64,000 nt of DNA, taken from NCBI GenBank assembly GCA_964521735.1, contig CAZFTO010000004.1, forward strand, positions 8,566-72,565, read 5' to 3'. Below are positions 29,906 through 38,507 of the stretch, in pieces. Source of the stretch: an uncultured Oscillospiraceae bacterium. GTDB taxonomy: Bacteria > Bacillota > Clostridia > Christensenellales > CAG-314. The notes under the pieces are model-generated. The model was not told the DNA's origin. It did no database searches and worked only from the letters and a program-made list of their open reading frames with translations. The first letter of the stretch is position 1, and each line of letters opens with the position of its first letter. The position numbers and the translations under genes are program-made.

Positions 29906-29914
29906 CGGAGAAGT

Positions 29915-30109
29915 ATGGATCTAACTGTAATTTTCAAAATAGCGGCCATCGGCATAATAACGGCCATAGTAGGCACTTTGCTCAAACGGGCCGGCAAGGA
30001 AGAAATTGCCACCGTCGTTTCCATAGCGGGGCTAGTTATTGCTTTTGTCATGTTGCTCGATTCCTTAGCGCAACTGTATCAAACGCTAAAAGGTCTTTTT
30101 GAACTGTAA
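29915..30109 (+). CDS. spoIIIAC: stage III sporulation protein AC
   Basis: 64 aa with two TM helices: IFKIAAIGIITAIVGTLLKRAGKEE. Confidence 0.88.
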   Translation: MDLTVIFKIAAIGIITAIVGTLLKRAGKEEIATVVSIAGLVIAFVMLLDSLAQLYQTLKGLFEL

Positions 30110-30495
30110 TGGATATTGTAAAAATCGTGCTGTTCGCTGCCGTGGTCGTTGTAACTGCGGTTGTGGTAAAACAGCTAAAAACGGAATTTTTTTTGCCCGT
30201 GGTTGTTTGTTCTGGTGTGGCTCTAACGGTTATGGTGTGCGACGCCTTGTTCGAAGTTGTGTATTCTTTCTACAAATTGGCTTCCGATGCCGGCATCGAC
30301 GGCGAGGCTGTCTCCTGCGTGGTTAAGGCCGTTGGCATTGGCTACTTGGCAGAATTTTCCAACGGGCTGTGTGTGGATGCCGGTTGCAAAAGCGTGGGCG
30401 ACAAAGTTTTGCTTGCCTCCAAAATATCCATATTGCTATGCGCTTTGCCTGTGGTGGAACAGCTTTTCAGCCTAATAAAAAATTTGGTAGCATGA
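30109..30495 (+). CDS. spoIIIAD: stage III sporulation protein AD
   Basis: 128 aa: MDIVKIVLFAAVVVVTAVVVKQLK and KAVGIGYLAEFSNGLCVDAG. TAATG overlap with spoIIIAC. Confidence 0.88.
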   Translation: MDIVKIVLFAAVVVVTAVVVKQLKTEFFLPVVVCSGVALTVMVCDALFEVVYSFYKLASDAGIDGEAVSCVVKAVGIGYLAEFSNGLCVDAGCKSVGDKVLLASKISILLCALPVVEQLFSLIKNLVA

Positions 30496-31655
30496 AATTT
30501 CTTTATAAAAAAAACGTTGCAATCGCGGCGTTGCTAGTGTTTGTGGCGTGTATATTTGTCGCACTGCTTTCGCCGCCAAAAGTCTTCGCCGAAGCGATGT
30601 TAGACGAAATAAACGACAAGGTAGACGAAGGCCTTGGCAATTTGGATTTTTCGGCCATGGACGAAATAAGCCGTCCGTTTTTTCAAAACTTCGTGCAAAA
30701 GGTGCGACAAATAATAAGCGGCCAGTTCGACGACACGCAATCGTTTTTTCAAGTTATAGGGCAACTTTTTGCACAAAACCTTTCCGGCATACTTCCGCAG
30801 TTGATAAGTGTGTTTTGTGTGATGGTTATTTGCGGTTTGGTTCGCAACGCTTCGGATGGTTTCATTTCTTCCGACACTTCAAAAGTGGTGTCTTTCGTGG
30901 GCGTGACGGTAGTCATAGTTTCGGTGCTAGCTTTGGTTGTGCAGGCGTTTGCCTCCGTCACGCAGCTGGTGGGCGACGTCGCTCTGCTATCCGATGCGGC
31001 AATGCCCATTTTGTTAACGTTGCTTGTGGCCAACGGTGGTGTTTCATCTTCCGTTTGTCAGCCGGCCATGGTTGTGTTTTCTTCGGTGGTTATTTCCGTC
31101 GTAAAAAACATCATTTTGCCTCTTTCGGTGTTTGCGTTGGCTTTCGTCGTTGTGGGCAACCTCTCCGAAAACGTCAAGGTGGAAAAAGCCTCGGAGTTTT
31201 TGAATAGTTGTTCTTCGTGGGTGCTTGGCATAACTTTCATGGTATTTTCCTCCTTTACGGCAGTTCAGGGAATAGCTGCCGCATCCATCGACGGCGTATC
31301 ATATCGTGCGGCCAAGTTTGCCGCCAAAAACTACGTGCCCATTTTGGGTGGCTACGTTTCCGATGGTTTGGACGTGATTGTTGCCAGCACTTCGCTAATA
31401 AAAAATGCATTCGGCGCGGTAACGATGCTGCTAGTGTTCTATCTGGTGCTAAAACCGCTAATAACGCTTGCGTGTGTAAAACTAGGTTTGCAGGCGGTGT
31501 CTGCTGCGGCCGAACCGTTGGCGGACGCAAGGTACGTAAAAATTCTTGCCGGTTTCAACAAATGCCTGACTTTTCTAACCGCACTTGTGGTGGCCGTCGC
31601 GTTTATGTTTTGTATTCTTACGCTTGTTGCAATTTCTTGCGCAAACTTTGCGTAA
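30492..31655 (+). CDS. spoIIIAE: stage III sporulation protein AE
   Basis: ATGA overlap with spoIIIAD. A signal peptide is followed by a polytopic C-terminal part (AAKFAAKNYVPILGGYVSD). Confidence 0.88.
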   Translation: MKFLYKKNVAIAALLVFVACIFVALLSPPKVFAEAMLDEINDKVDEGLGNLDFSAMDEISRPFFQNFVQKVRQIISGQFDDTQSFFQVIGQLFAQNLSGILPQLISVFCVMVICGLVRNASDGFISSDTSKVVSFVGVTVVIVSVLALVVQAFASVTQLVGDVALLSDAAMPILLTLLVANGGVSSSVCQPAMVVFSSVVISVVKNIILPLSVFALAFVVVGNLSENVKVEKASEFLNSCSSWVLGITFMVFSSFTAVQGIAAASIDGVSYRAAKFAAKNYVPILGGYVSDGLDVIVASTSLIKNAFGAVTMLLVFYLVLKPLITLACVKLGLQAVSAAAEPLADARYVKILAGFNKCLTFLTALVVAVAFMFCILTLVAISCANFA

Positions 31656-31668
31656 AGGGAGGGGGCTT

Positions 31669-32094
31669 GTGGCCAAGTGGGTTATCAGTGTTGCAGGAAT
31701 TGCCATTTTGTCGGTGCTGTCCGACGTAGTTTTGCCGGCAGGTCAAACAAGAAAGTACGTAAAAACGGTGGTTAGCGTGGTAGTTACAGTGGTTTTGGCA
31801 CAACCGTTGCTAACCTTTGCATCTTCTGGCAAAATTGCATGGGAAAACACCGTTCCGCAGCAGCATTATTTGCAGTACATTTCTCAAAGCCAAACTGCGG
31901 TCGATGCAACGCTTTTGCAAGAACGTTTGGCGGATGCTGGATTTTGTTCGCCTAGCGTAAGTTATCAAGGTCAAACACAAACCTATTTTGTCGCTTTCAC
32001 GGAAGCCTACTCGCTGCAACTTGCGCAAAAGGCCTACCAAGTGTCGTGGGATTGTTTGGGGCACGTTGTCGTTAAGTTTAGTTGGAATGAATAG
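31669..32094 (+). CDS. spoIIIAF: stage III sporulation protein AF
   Basis: GTG start after AAGGGAGG. WVISVAGIAILSVLSDVVLPAGQTRKYVKTVVSVV matches the SpoIIIAF N-terminus. Confidence 0.8.
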   Translation: MAKWVISVAGIAILSVLSDVVLPAGQTRKYVKTVVSVVVTVVLAQPLLTFASSGKIAWENTVPQQHYLQYISQSQTAVDATLLQERLADAGFCSPSVSYQGQTQTYFVAFTEAYSLQLAQKAYQVSWDCLGHVVVKFSWNE

Positions 32095-32107
32095 CAGGTG
32101 CAAATAT

Positions 32108-32599
32108 ATGAAAAAACTTATTGCAAAGTTAAAATCAATAAAAAACGGCGAGTTGTATCTTGCGGCGACGTTGGCCATTGTGGCGATGGCAATTATTTTT
32201 TGCGGAACTTCTACAAAGCAGGACAAAACCGGCGAAGTTTGCTCCGATTTTGATGCATATATTGCCTCCATGGAAAATAAAATTAGTAGCGTAGTAGAAA
32301 AAATGGATGGTTGCAAAGGCGTGGAAGTGGTCATTTCCTGCGAGGCGGTGGATCAAAAGGTTTACGCCTACCAAACGGAAACCAAAAATTCCAACGGAGT
32401 TGTTACGGAAACAAATTCGGTTGTTATGGTCAATGGGCAACCGCTAGTGCTAAAAACGTTGCCACCGGCCATTTCCGGCGTGGTTGTGGTGGTAAACTGC
32501 CAAAACGATGCCGCAACCAAAATGAAAATTAAACAATTGGTTGTAACACTGCTGCAAGTCTCTACAGACAAAGTGCAAGTGTTCACGTATAAAAACTAG
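32108..32599 (+). CDS. spoIIIAG: stage III sporulation protein AG
   Basis: N-terminal TM helix, then a ring-forming C-terminal domain (PAISGVVVVVNCQNDAATKMKIKQLVVTLL). Confidence 0.82.
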   Translation: MKKLIAKLKSIKNGELYLAATLAIVAMAIIFCGTSTKQDKTGEVCSDFDAYIASMENKISSVVEKMDGCKGVEVVISCEAVDQKVYAYQTETKNSNGVVTETNSVVMVNGQPLVLKTLPPAISGVVVVVNCQNDAATKMKIKQLVVTLLQVSTDKVQVFTYKN

Positions 32600-32611
32600 G
32601 GAGGCTCAATT

Positions 32612-33094
32612 ATGTCTAAGGGAAAGAAAATTGCATTGATGGTGGCCATGGTTTTGGTTCTAGCGGGTGCGGCCGTGCTAAACGTAACCTTGCTTGCACA
32701 AAACAACGGTCAGGCAGCAGGTGACGGCGATGCCGTGCAAACGGGTTTTTTCACAACTTCGCGTGCCGATAGGCAATCCACTCGCAACTACGAAATATCC
32801 GAGTTGAACGCCATTTTAGCAATGGAAGGGGAAGAATATGCCGAGGCGCGTCAAAAAGCGTTGCAACAAAAACAAAACATTGTTGATGCAATGGAAACGG
32901 AACTGCTGCTTGAAACGTTGCTCAAGGCGCAAGGCTTCGACGACGTGTTGGTGACGGTAAACGCATCGGCCGATAACGTCAGCGTGATAGTGGATAAGGA
33001 CGAACTAACACGTGAAGATACTGTCCGAATCTACAACATTATTGCCACGGAAGCCAGCATCGAACCCGATTACGTAAAAATACTATCCGTTTAA
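32612..33094 (+). CDS. spoIIIAH: stage III sporulation protein AH
   Basis: GGGAGG RBS, N-terminal TM helix, and a C-terminal YscJ/FliF-like domain. It is the last gene of the spoIIIA operon. Confidence 0.82.
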   Translation: MSKGKKIALMVAMVLVLAGAAVLNVTLLAQNNGQAAGDGDAVQTGFFTTSRADRQSTRNYEISELNAILAMEGEEYAEARQKALQQKQNIVDAMETELLLETLLKAQGFDDVLVTVNASADNVSVIVDKDELTREDTVRIYNIIATEASIEPDYVKILSV

Positions 33095-33152
33095 TCTTGT
33101 ATTTTGAAAAAATATGTGATATAATACTACAAAAGAATTTTGGAGAACTACC

Positions 33153-33482
33153 ATGAAAGTTGTGACAAAACGTGATTCCACGGGAAGATTGGTTTATAGC
33201 AGCGAAATTTTGCGCGATATCGTCGACTGCGCCTTGGGCGAAGTGGATGGCGTAGTAAAATTTTCCGATAATTCCAAACAGGCGCGCAATTGCATAAAAA
33301 TCGAGCAAGTGGGCGAAGAAATGCACGTCGACGTGTTTGTTAAGTTGCTTGCAACGGTTGGCGTTTCCGACGTTGCCAGCCATATTCAAAGCGCAGTTAA
33401 AGGCACCATCGAAAACATGACGGAATTCAAGGTGAAAGACGTCAACGTTCACGTTATTGGTGTGGAAGTAAGCGAAAACTAA
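33153..33482 (+). CDS. Asp23/Gls24-family alkaline shock protein
   Basis: SEILRDIVDCALGEVDGVV and VNVHVIGV, located before nusB as yqhY is in Bacillus. Confidence 0.88.
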   Translation: MKVVTKRDSTGRLVYSSEILRDIVDCALGEVDGVVKFSDNSKQARNCIKIEQVGEEMHVDVFVKLLATVGVSDVASHIQSAVKGTIENMTEFKVKDVNVHVIGVEVSEN

Positions 33483-33483
33483 C

Positions 33484-33514
33484 AAAAAAACCCTTTGGTG
33501 GCAAAGGGTTTTTC
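33484..33514 (+). terminator. intrinsic (bidirectional) terminator
   Basis: aaaaaaa-ccctttg-gtgg-caaaggg-ttttt. Confidence 0.75.
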
Positions 33515-33552
33515 TTGCTGAAAAGCACTTTGTTGCAAGTTTAGGTGAAAAT

Positions 33553-33948
33553 ATGAGAAGTTATGCAAGAGAAGCAGCATTCTGCAAAATATATTCCTAT
33601 TTGATGTGCTCCGACTACGACGGGGATTTTTCGCAATTCGATCAAACCAAATTGACGGAAGAAGATTTATCCTTCGCCGATGGTTTGGTTCGTGGTGTCA
33701 TCGAAAAAAAATCCCAGCTGGACGAAATCGTTCGCGAGTTTTCTAGGGCGTTCAAGTTGGAACGCATCTATCGTCCCGATTTGGCCGTGCTAGAATTGGC
33801 CCTCTACGAACTAACAAGTTGCGACACGCCGCGCCCCGTGGCAATTAACGAAGCGGTGGGTATCGCCAAAAAGTATTCCACCGAAAAAAGCGTTTCTTTT
33901 GTTAACGGCATTTTGGCGGCATACGTCAGGAGTGTAAACTGTGACTAA
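33553..33948 (+). CDS. nusB: transcription antitermination factor NusB
   Basis: REAAFCKIYSY, LAVLELALYEL, INEAVGIAKKY and VNGIL. Confidence 0.92.
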   Translation: MRSYAREAAFCKIYSYLMCSDYDGDFSQFDQTKLTEEDLSFADGLVRGVIEKKSQLDEIVREFSRAFKLERIYRPDLAVLELALYELTSCDTPRPVAINEAVGIAKKYSTEKSVSFVNGILAAYVRSVNCD

Positions 33949-34741
33949 AATTTTGTATGGCAAAATGGTGGCCGACGTTGCCTATGCGGAAGTTGCGCAG
34001 CACAATGCAAATTTGAAGTTGGCTACAATTGGTTTTTCGTCGCCGCAATGGCAACAATACGTTGCCGCTTTGCAAAAGAGTGCGGCGCTTTGCGGAGTGG
34101 ATATCAACAACGTCGTTGTTTCCGAAGACCTTTCTCCGCAAGATTTTTGCGCGCTTGTTTCGCAAATTTCCGCAACGGAAGTGGACGGCGTGCTGTTGCA
34201 ACAGCCTTTACCTAAAGGGTACGAACAAGCTTGCGATTGCGTTTTGCCCCAAAAGGACGTGGATTGTTTGAATTCCGTTTCGGTGGCAAAACTGTATAAG
34301 GGGCAAGATTGTTTGTTGCCGGCAACGCCTGCGGCCGTGCTAAGGCTATTGGATTTCTACAACGTGGATTTATGTGGCAAAAACGTGGTGATTGTGGGGC
34401 GTGGCAACGCCGTTGGCAAACCGCTGGCTCTTGCTTGTTTGAAGCGCAATGCCACCGTGACCGTGTGCCACACCAAAACCCAAAACCTTGCTTCCGTTTG
34501 TCGAAGTGCAGACGTGCTTATTTCCGCTTGCGGTGTTGCCGGGCTTATAACTGACGATTTCGTCACCGAAAACACCATCGTGGTGGACGTGGGACTTAGC
34601 TTTGTCAACGGCAAAACACACGGCGACGTGTCGGAAGAAGTGTTGCAAAAGGCAGCGGCTTGTTCTCCCGTTCCGGGAGGCGTTGGGCCTGTAACTCGCG
34701 CGGCGCTGTTCCTAAATTTGCTGCGCGCATCAAAAGGTTGA
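33941..34741 (+). CDS. folD: bifunctional methylenetetrahydrofolate dehydrogenase / methenyl-THF cyclohydrolase
   Basis: GTG start. KDVDCLN, PATPAAVLRLL, VVIVGRGNAVGKPLA and PVPGGVGPVT. Confidence 0.94.
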   Translation: MTKILYGKMVADVAYAEVAQHNANLKLATIGFSSPQWQQYVAALQKSAALCGVDINNVVVSEDLSPQDFCALVSQISATEVDGVLLQQPLPKGYEQACDCVLPQKDVDCLNSVSVAKLYKGQDCLLPATPAAVLRLLDFYNVDLCGKNVVIVGRGNAVGKPLALACLKRNATVTVCHTKTQNLASVCRSADVLISACGVAGLITDDFVTENTIVVDVGLSFVNGKTHGDVSEEVLQKAAACSPVPGGVGPVTRAALFLNLLRASKG

Positions 34742-34781
34742 ATTTTTACCCATTGTTTGCCAAAACAATGATTTTAAAAAA

Positions 34782-35948
34782 ATGACAATTTCCGTTTCAC
34801 AACTTAACAACTACGTTCGCGGTTTGTTGGATATCGACGGCGTTTTGAACGACCTTTCAGTTTGTGGGGAGGTGACCAACGTCAAACAATCGCGCGACGG
34901 GTGGTACTTCACTTTGAAGGACGAAAATTCCGCAATCGATTGCTTTTGCTATGCAACGTCTATGCCCGTTTCCGGTTCGATGGCGGTGGCAGAAGGCAAA
35001 TTGAATTTTTGGGCAAAGAGCGGCCGTCTTTCCTTTTTTGTGAGAAGGCTAACCGCTTCCAAAGATACGGGTGCTGCCTATTTGCAATTTTTGCAACTAA
35101 AAGAAAAATTGCAAAAGGAAGGCTTGTTCGACGAAGATCGCAAAAAGCCTGTGCCCAAGTTTTGCATGAAAATTGGTGTTGTAACCAGCGCAACGGGTGC
35201 CGTTATTCACGACATCGAAAACGTGGTGCGCCGCAGACAACCCTTTTCGGATATCGTTTTGTGCCCCGTCAAGGTGCAAGGCGTCGGCGCCGATTTAGAA
35301 ATTGCCGAAGGCATCAAAAGAATTGCCCAAACGGATGTAGACGTAGTTATCGTCGGGCGTGGCGGTGGTTCCAACGAAGATCTTTCCATGTTCAATTCGG
35401 AAGTGGTCGTTCGTGCCGTAGCGGATTGCTCAAAACCTGTCGTTTCGGCAGTGGGACACGGCGTGGATTTCACTTTGTGCGACTTTGCCGCCGATAGGCG
35501 TGCGGTAACACCTTCGGAAGCGGCGGAATTCGTCACTACCGATTGTTTACCCCTAAAAATCACACTACTCAGCCGCTTGCAAAGTTTGCAAGCCCTTTTG
35601 CAAGGCCGCTCAGATCAGCAAAAAAGCGTGGCCGTTCGGGCACTTCGCAACGTTTGCGTTTGCGTGCAAAGCAAGGTGGAAGATCGCACTCGGCGCGTGA
35701 GGTTTGCGCTAAAAACTCAAAGTTCGGCAATGCAAAATTTGCTTTCGCAACGGCAAAATTCTTTGCATAACGCAACGGCTCGACTATCTGCAGCCAATCC
35801 TGCAAACGTTTTGCAACGTGGCTATGCGTTTTTGAAAAAGGATGGTGCAAGGGTGCATTCGGCATCACAACTATGCGTTGGCGACAATCTTGTTGCCACT
35901 TTGGCTGATGGCGAGGCGGAAATGACTGTTTTGAAGGTGAAAAAATGA
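34782..35948 (+). CDS. xseA: exodeoxyribonuclease VII large subunit
   Basis: ISVSQLNNYVRGLL, GEVTNVKQSRDGWYFTLKD and IVGRGGGSNEDL. Confidence 0.94.
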   Translation: MTISVSQLNNYVRGLLDIDGVLNDLSVCGEVTNVKQSRDGWYFTLKDENSAIDCFCYATSMPVSGSMAVAEGKLNFWAKSGRLSFFVRRLTASKDTGAAYLQFLQLKEKLQKEGLFDEDRKKPVPKFCMKIGVVTSATGAVIHDIENVVRRRQPFSDIVLCPVKVQGVGADLEIAEGIKRIAQTDVDVVIVGRGGGSNEDLSMFNSEVVVRAVADCSKPVVSAVGHGVDFTLCDFAADRRAVTPSEAAEFVTTDCLPLKITLLSRLQSLQALLQGRSDQQKSVAVRALRNVCVCVQSKVEDRTRRVRFALKTQSSAMQNLLSQRQNSLHNATARLSAANPANVLQRGYAFLKKDGARVHSASQLCVGDNLVATLADGEAEMTVLKVKK

Positions 35949-36145
35949 AATTAGAAGAAAAAATTGCAAAACTAGACCAACTTGCAACGCAAATAGAAGC
36001 AAAAGACGTTGCGCTAGAAGATGCATTGAATATTTTTGATCAAAGCGTAAAATTGGCTTCGGAATGTTTGCAAACGCTTAACGATTGCAACGGAAAATTG
36101 ACAGTATTATCAGAAGAAGTGAAGAGGTTGACAGATGAAGAATAA
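35945..36145 (+). CDS. xseB: exodeoxyribonuclease VII small subunit
   Basis: 66 aa: LEDALNIFDQSVKLASECLQTL. ATGA overlap with xseA. Confidence 0.9.
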   Translation: MKLEEKIAKLDQLATQIEAKDVALEDALNIFDQSVKLASECLQTLNDCNGKLTVLSEEVKRLTDEE

Positions 36146-36947
36146 AATCACGGCAGAATTTATCGACGAATTGCTAAGAAAACACCTTCCAAAACTTTCC
36201 GACAAGGTGGAACAAGCGGTGGAATACAGTTTGTTTAGCGGTGGAAAACGTTTTCGTCCGTTGTTGCTGTTGTGCACGGCACAAGCAGTTAGCAAACGCA
36301 AAAGTTCCAATGCAGAACTTTTGGCGGTAGCTTTGGAATACGTGCACACCTATTCCCTTATTCACGACGACCTTCCTGCAATGGATAACGACGATGTGCG
36401 CCGTGGCGTTCGCACTTGCCACCTGGCGTTTGGCGAGGCAGCGGCCATTTTGGCAGGCGACGCATTACTTAACCTTGCCATCGAAGTGGCGCTATCGGGC
36501 AATCTTTCGGATAAGCACTATCAAAAGGCCTGTGCCTATTTGTTTAGATGCAGTGGTTCCAACGGCATGTTGTTTGGCCAAAGTTTGGATTTGTTCTCGG
36601 CCACGGCATCCTTCGACGATGCAAAACAAGTTGCCGTGCACAAAACAGGCGACCTTATTCGCGCAGCAATTGTTTGCGGCGCTTTGTGTGGACACGCTTC
36701 GGAAGAAGAAGTGGCCGTGTTTGAAGAAATTGCCACAAACTTCGGCATTGCATATCAAGTGGTGGATGATCTTTTGGATGCAGAAAAGTGCGAAAAATCT
36801 TTCTTGGACGTTATGTCGGAAAGAGAGTGCAAACAGTTTGCTGCCGAACTAACCAACAAAGTTTTTGCCCTTTGCGACAGTTTGCCTCAATACGATTTGA
36901 CCTTTATCAAACAATATGCACAAAAGAATTTGGAAAGAAATTTCTAG
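36135..36947 (+). CDS. ispA: (2E,6E)-farnesyl diphosphate synthase
   Basis: First DDxxD motif (LIHDDLPAMDNDDVRRG), second motif (YQVVDDLLD), and GKRFRP. Confidence 0.93.
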   Translation: MKNKITAEFIDELLRKHLPKLSDKVEQAVEYSLFSGGKRFRPLLLLCTAQAVSKRKSSNAELLAVALEYVHTYSLIHDDLPAMDNDDVRRGVRTCHLAFGEAAAILAGDALLNLAIEVALSGNLSDKHYQKACAYLFRCSGSNGMLFGQSLDLFSATASFDDAKQVAVHKTGDLIRAAIVCGALCGHASEEEVAVFEEIATNFGIAYQVVDDLLDAEKCEKSFLDVMSERECKQFAAELTNKVFALCDSLPQYDLTFIKQYAQKNLERNF

Positions 36948-36973
36948 TATTTTGCATAAATATTCAAAAATAT

Positions 36974-37002
36974 TTGCAAATATTGCATAAACGTGGTATA
37001 AT
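36974..37002 (+). promoter_or_regulatory. sigma-A promoter directly upstream of the large ncRNA
   Basis: TTGCAA, a 17 nt spacer, then TGgTATAAT, starting 27 nt after the ispA stop. Confidence 0.55.
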
Positions 37003-37009
37003 TGCATCA

Positions 37010-37737
37010 AGTAAGTTTTTTGCTTACCAACAACTAAATAAAATTCCGGTGGTGCAGTATTCTAGTCAACAGTTGACTTATTGAGGGCGGGGGTAAAAGA
37101 CCGTCGAAGAGCATATCGATGAAGTTTCTTGTGCTGGCTTTCGTTGCCCAAACGGGGGCTTGTGCTGGAAGTTAAGATTGGTGGGTAAGACGTAATGGCA
37201 TACGTTATAGCCCCATCATTCGTGGAGACTCTACAGGGTGTTTGCAGAGCACATCTTTGCAAGTACTCTCTGAGATTAAACCTGCTATGCGGTGAATTCG
37301 CTGTGTACAGAGTAGCTTGTTTTGAGTGAAATTTTGGGAGTAATGAACGGCGTGCGCTTGTTGGCCGACAACGAACGTCGACTGCTTTACGAAATGAATT
37401 TTGCAAAAGAAACTAAAGTTTGACGACTGTTGCAAAGGAAATCTTCTAGACTGTATTTCAGGCATATCGGAGATTATAGTACGGACTAAGTGGCGATTCA
37501 GTTAAACGCGCGGTGACGTCGTTTACGCGAAATGAAAAGGAAACTGCTTCTTCGGCGACGGGAAGTTTTCGTGTGGGAAATCCTACTGAACCTATGCCGT
37601 AAGGTTTATCCGATAAGTCACCACCTGTTTTTGCTTTTTCGCCAGCCTCGCCTTGCGCGAGGTTGGCTGTTAAGGGCACCTCGTTTGGCGTGCTCTAATT
37701 GGAGGCGCCGACTTTTGTCGGAGCCGTTATTTTTTAG
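37010..37737 (+). ncRNA. ole: large structured non-coding RNA, most likely OLE (ornate, large, extremophilic) RNA
   Basis: The gap between ispA and the next CDS is 830 nt and has no credible ORF. It has its own promoter and a 3' intrinsic terminator. Several strong local helices are visible, for example 37641-37667 (11 bp) and 37064-37078. The context xseA-xseB-ispA-[RNA]-membrane protein-argR-recN equals the published ole/oapA neighbourhood. The ends are approximate (+/- 30 nt). Confidence 0.7.
37704..37736 (+). terminator. intrinsic terminator at the 3' end of the ncRNA
   Basis: ggcgccgac-tttt-gtcggagcc forms a 9 bp stem with one mismatch, followed by gttatttttt. Confidence 0.6.
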
Positions 37738-37780
37738 TTAAAACACGTTGCAATGCAACGAAAATTTTTTTAGGAGAAAT

Positions 37781-38458
37781 ATGAAAAACGATTCTGTTCC
37801 ACGAAGTACCATACCCGAAGCAAATGATTGTGTGTTGGAAGATTCCGATGCTCGACCAAGCAGCCAAAGCAATTCCGATGCCTCTGTAGAGGTTGTCGAA
37901 AAGGCTAAAAAGGAAAAACCCGTCAAAAAGAAAAAGCGCAACATGTGGCCGTTAAAGGCCTTGATCATTTCTTTCACGCTGTCTTTTGTGGTGAATGCCG
38001 GTTCCGAATTGGTTTTGGAAGATTCTCAAATTTGGATTGCCGTTTTGCTAACTTTGTTGATATTGGCAATAGGCGTGGTGTTCGATATGATCGGCACTGC
38101 AACAACTTCGTGCGACGTTCAGCCCTTTTTGGCAATGGCGTCACGCAAAGTTAAGGGGGCAAAAACAGCCGTCAAGTTGGCAAAAAACCGTGACGTAGTT
38201 TCCTCGGTGTGTTGCGATATCGTTGGCGATATTTGTGGCATCGTTTCCGGTGTGTGCGCCGCATCGATTGTTGTGCAAGTCGCTCAGCTCGTTGAAGGCG
38301 CCGTGTGGAATTTCTTGCTATCCGTATTTATCTATGCAGTTATTTCCACTGCTACAATCACGCTAAAAGCGGCGTGCAAAAAGCTTGCCGTAAACAAAGC
38401 GGTGGGCATTGTTTTTGGTGTAGCAAAGTTTTTGAGCATATTTTCAAGAGAAAAATAG
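37781..38458 (+). CDS. oapA: multi-pass membrane protein, OapA-like (OLE-associated protein A) by position
   Basis: The ATG follows an AGGAG RBS. A hydrophilic N-terminus of about 55 aa carries KAKKEKPVKKKKRN. Four or five hydrophobic helices follow, with duplicated FDMIGTA and DIVGDICG motifs. The gene lies immediately 3' of the ncRNA. Confidence 0.55.
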   Translation: MKNDSVPRSTIPEANDCVLEDSDARPSSQSNSDASVEVVEKAKKEKPVKKKKRNMWPLKALIISFTLSFVVNAGSELVLEDSQIWIAVLLTLLILAIGVVFDMIGTATTSCDVQPFLAMASRKVKGAKTAVKLAKNRDVVSSVCCDIVGDICGIVSGVCAASIVVQVAQLVEGAVWNFLLSVFIYAVISTATITLKAACKKLAVNKAVGIVFGVAKFLSIFSREK

Positions 38459-38507
38459 TTAGTGGCTTGTTGCGGCAGGTGCTCGTCGCACAAGCGAAGG
38501 AGTGCCT

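Noticed and set aside
30548-31207. Arg/Gly/Cys-rich alternative-frame ORFs on the + strand inside real genes: 30548-31207 within spoIIIAE, 34862-35497 within xseA, 44256-44720 within the membrane protein gene, and 45842-46402.
   Set aside because: They are out-of-frame overlaps with genes that carry clear motifs. The arginine-rich junk composition is typical of +1/+2 frames.
37010-37737. Alternative identities for the large RNA: group II intron, RNase P RNA, tmRNA, or a T-box/riboswitch leader of the downstream gene.
   Set aside because: There is no GUGYG 5' end, no domain V-like GAGC..GUUC hairpin and no intron ORF. The RNase P GAGGAAAGUCC box is absent, and there is no tRNA-like end or tag reading frame. 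The element ends in its own terminator, and at about 700 nt it is far longer than known cis-leaders. Synteny favours OLE.
37062-37741. ORFs inside the large ncRNA interval: 37062-37406 (-, 114 aa), 37205-37465 (-, 86 aa), 37458-37679 (-, 73 aa) and 37532-37741 (+, 69 aa).
   Set aside because: They are Arg/Ser/Thr/Leu-rich with no RBS, and three of them are on the strand opposite to every neighbouring gene. They overlap one another, and the + strand one runs through the terminator hairpin. The interval is better explained as structured RNA.
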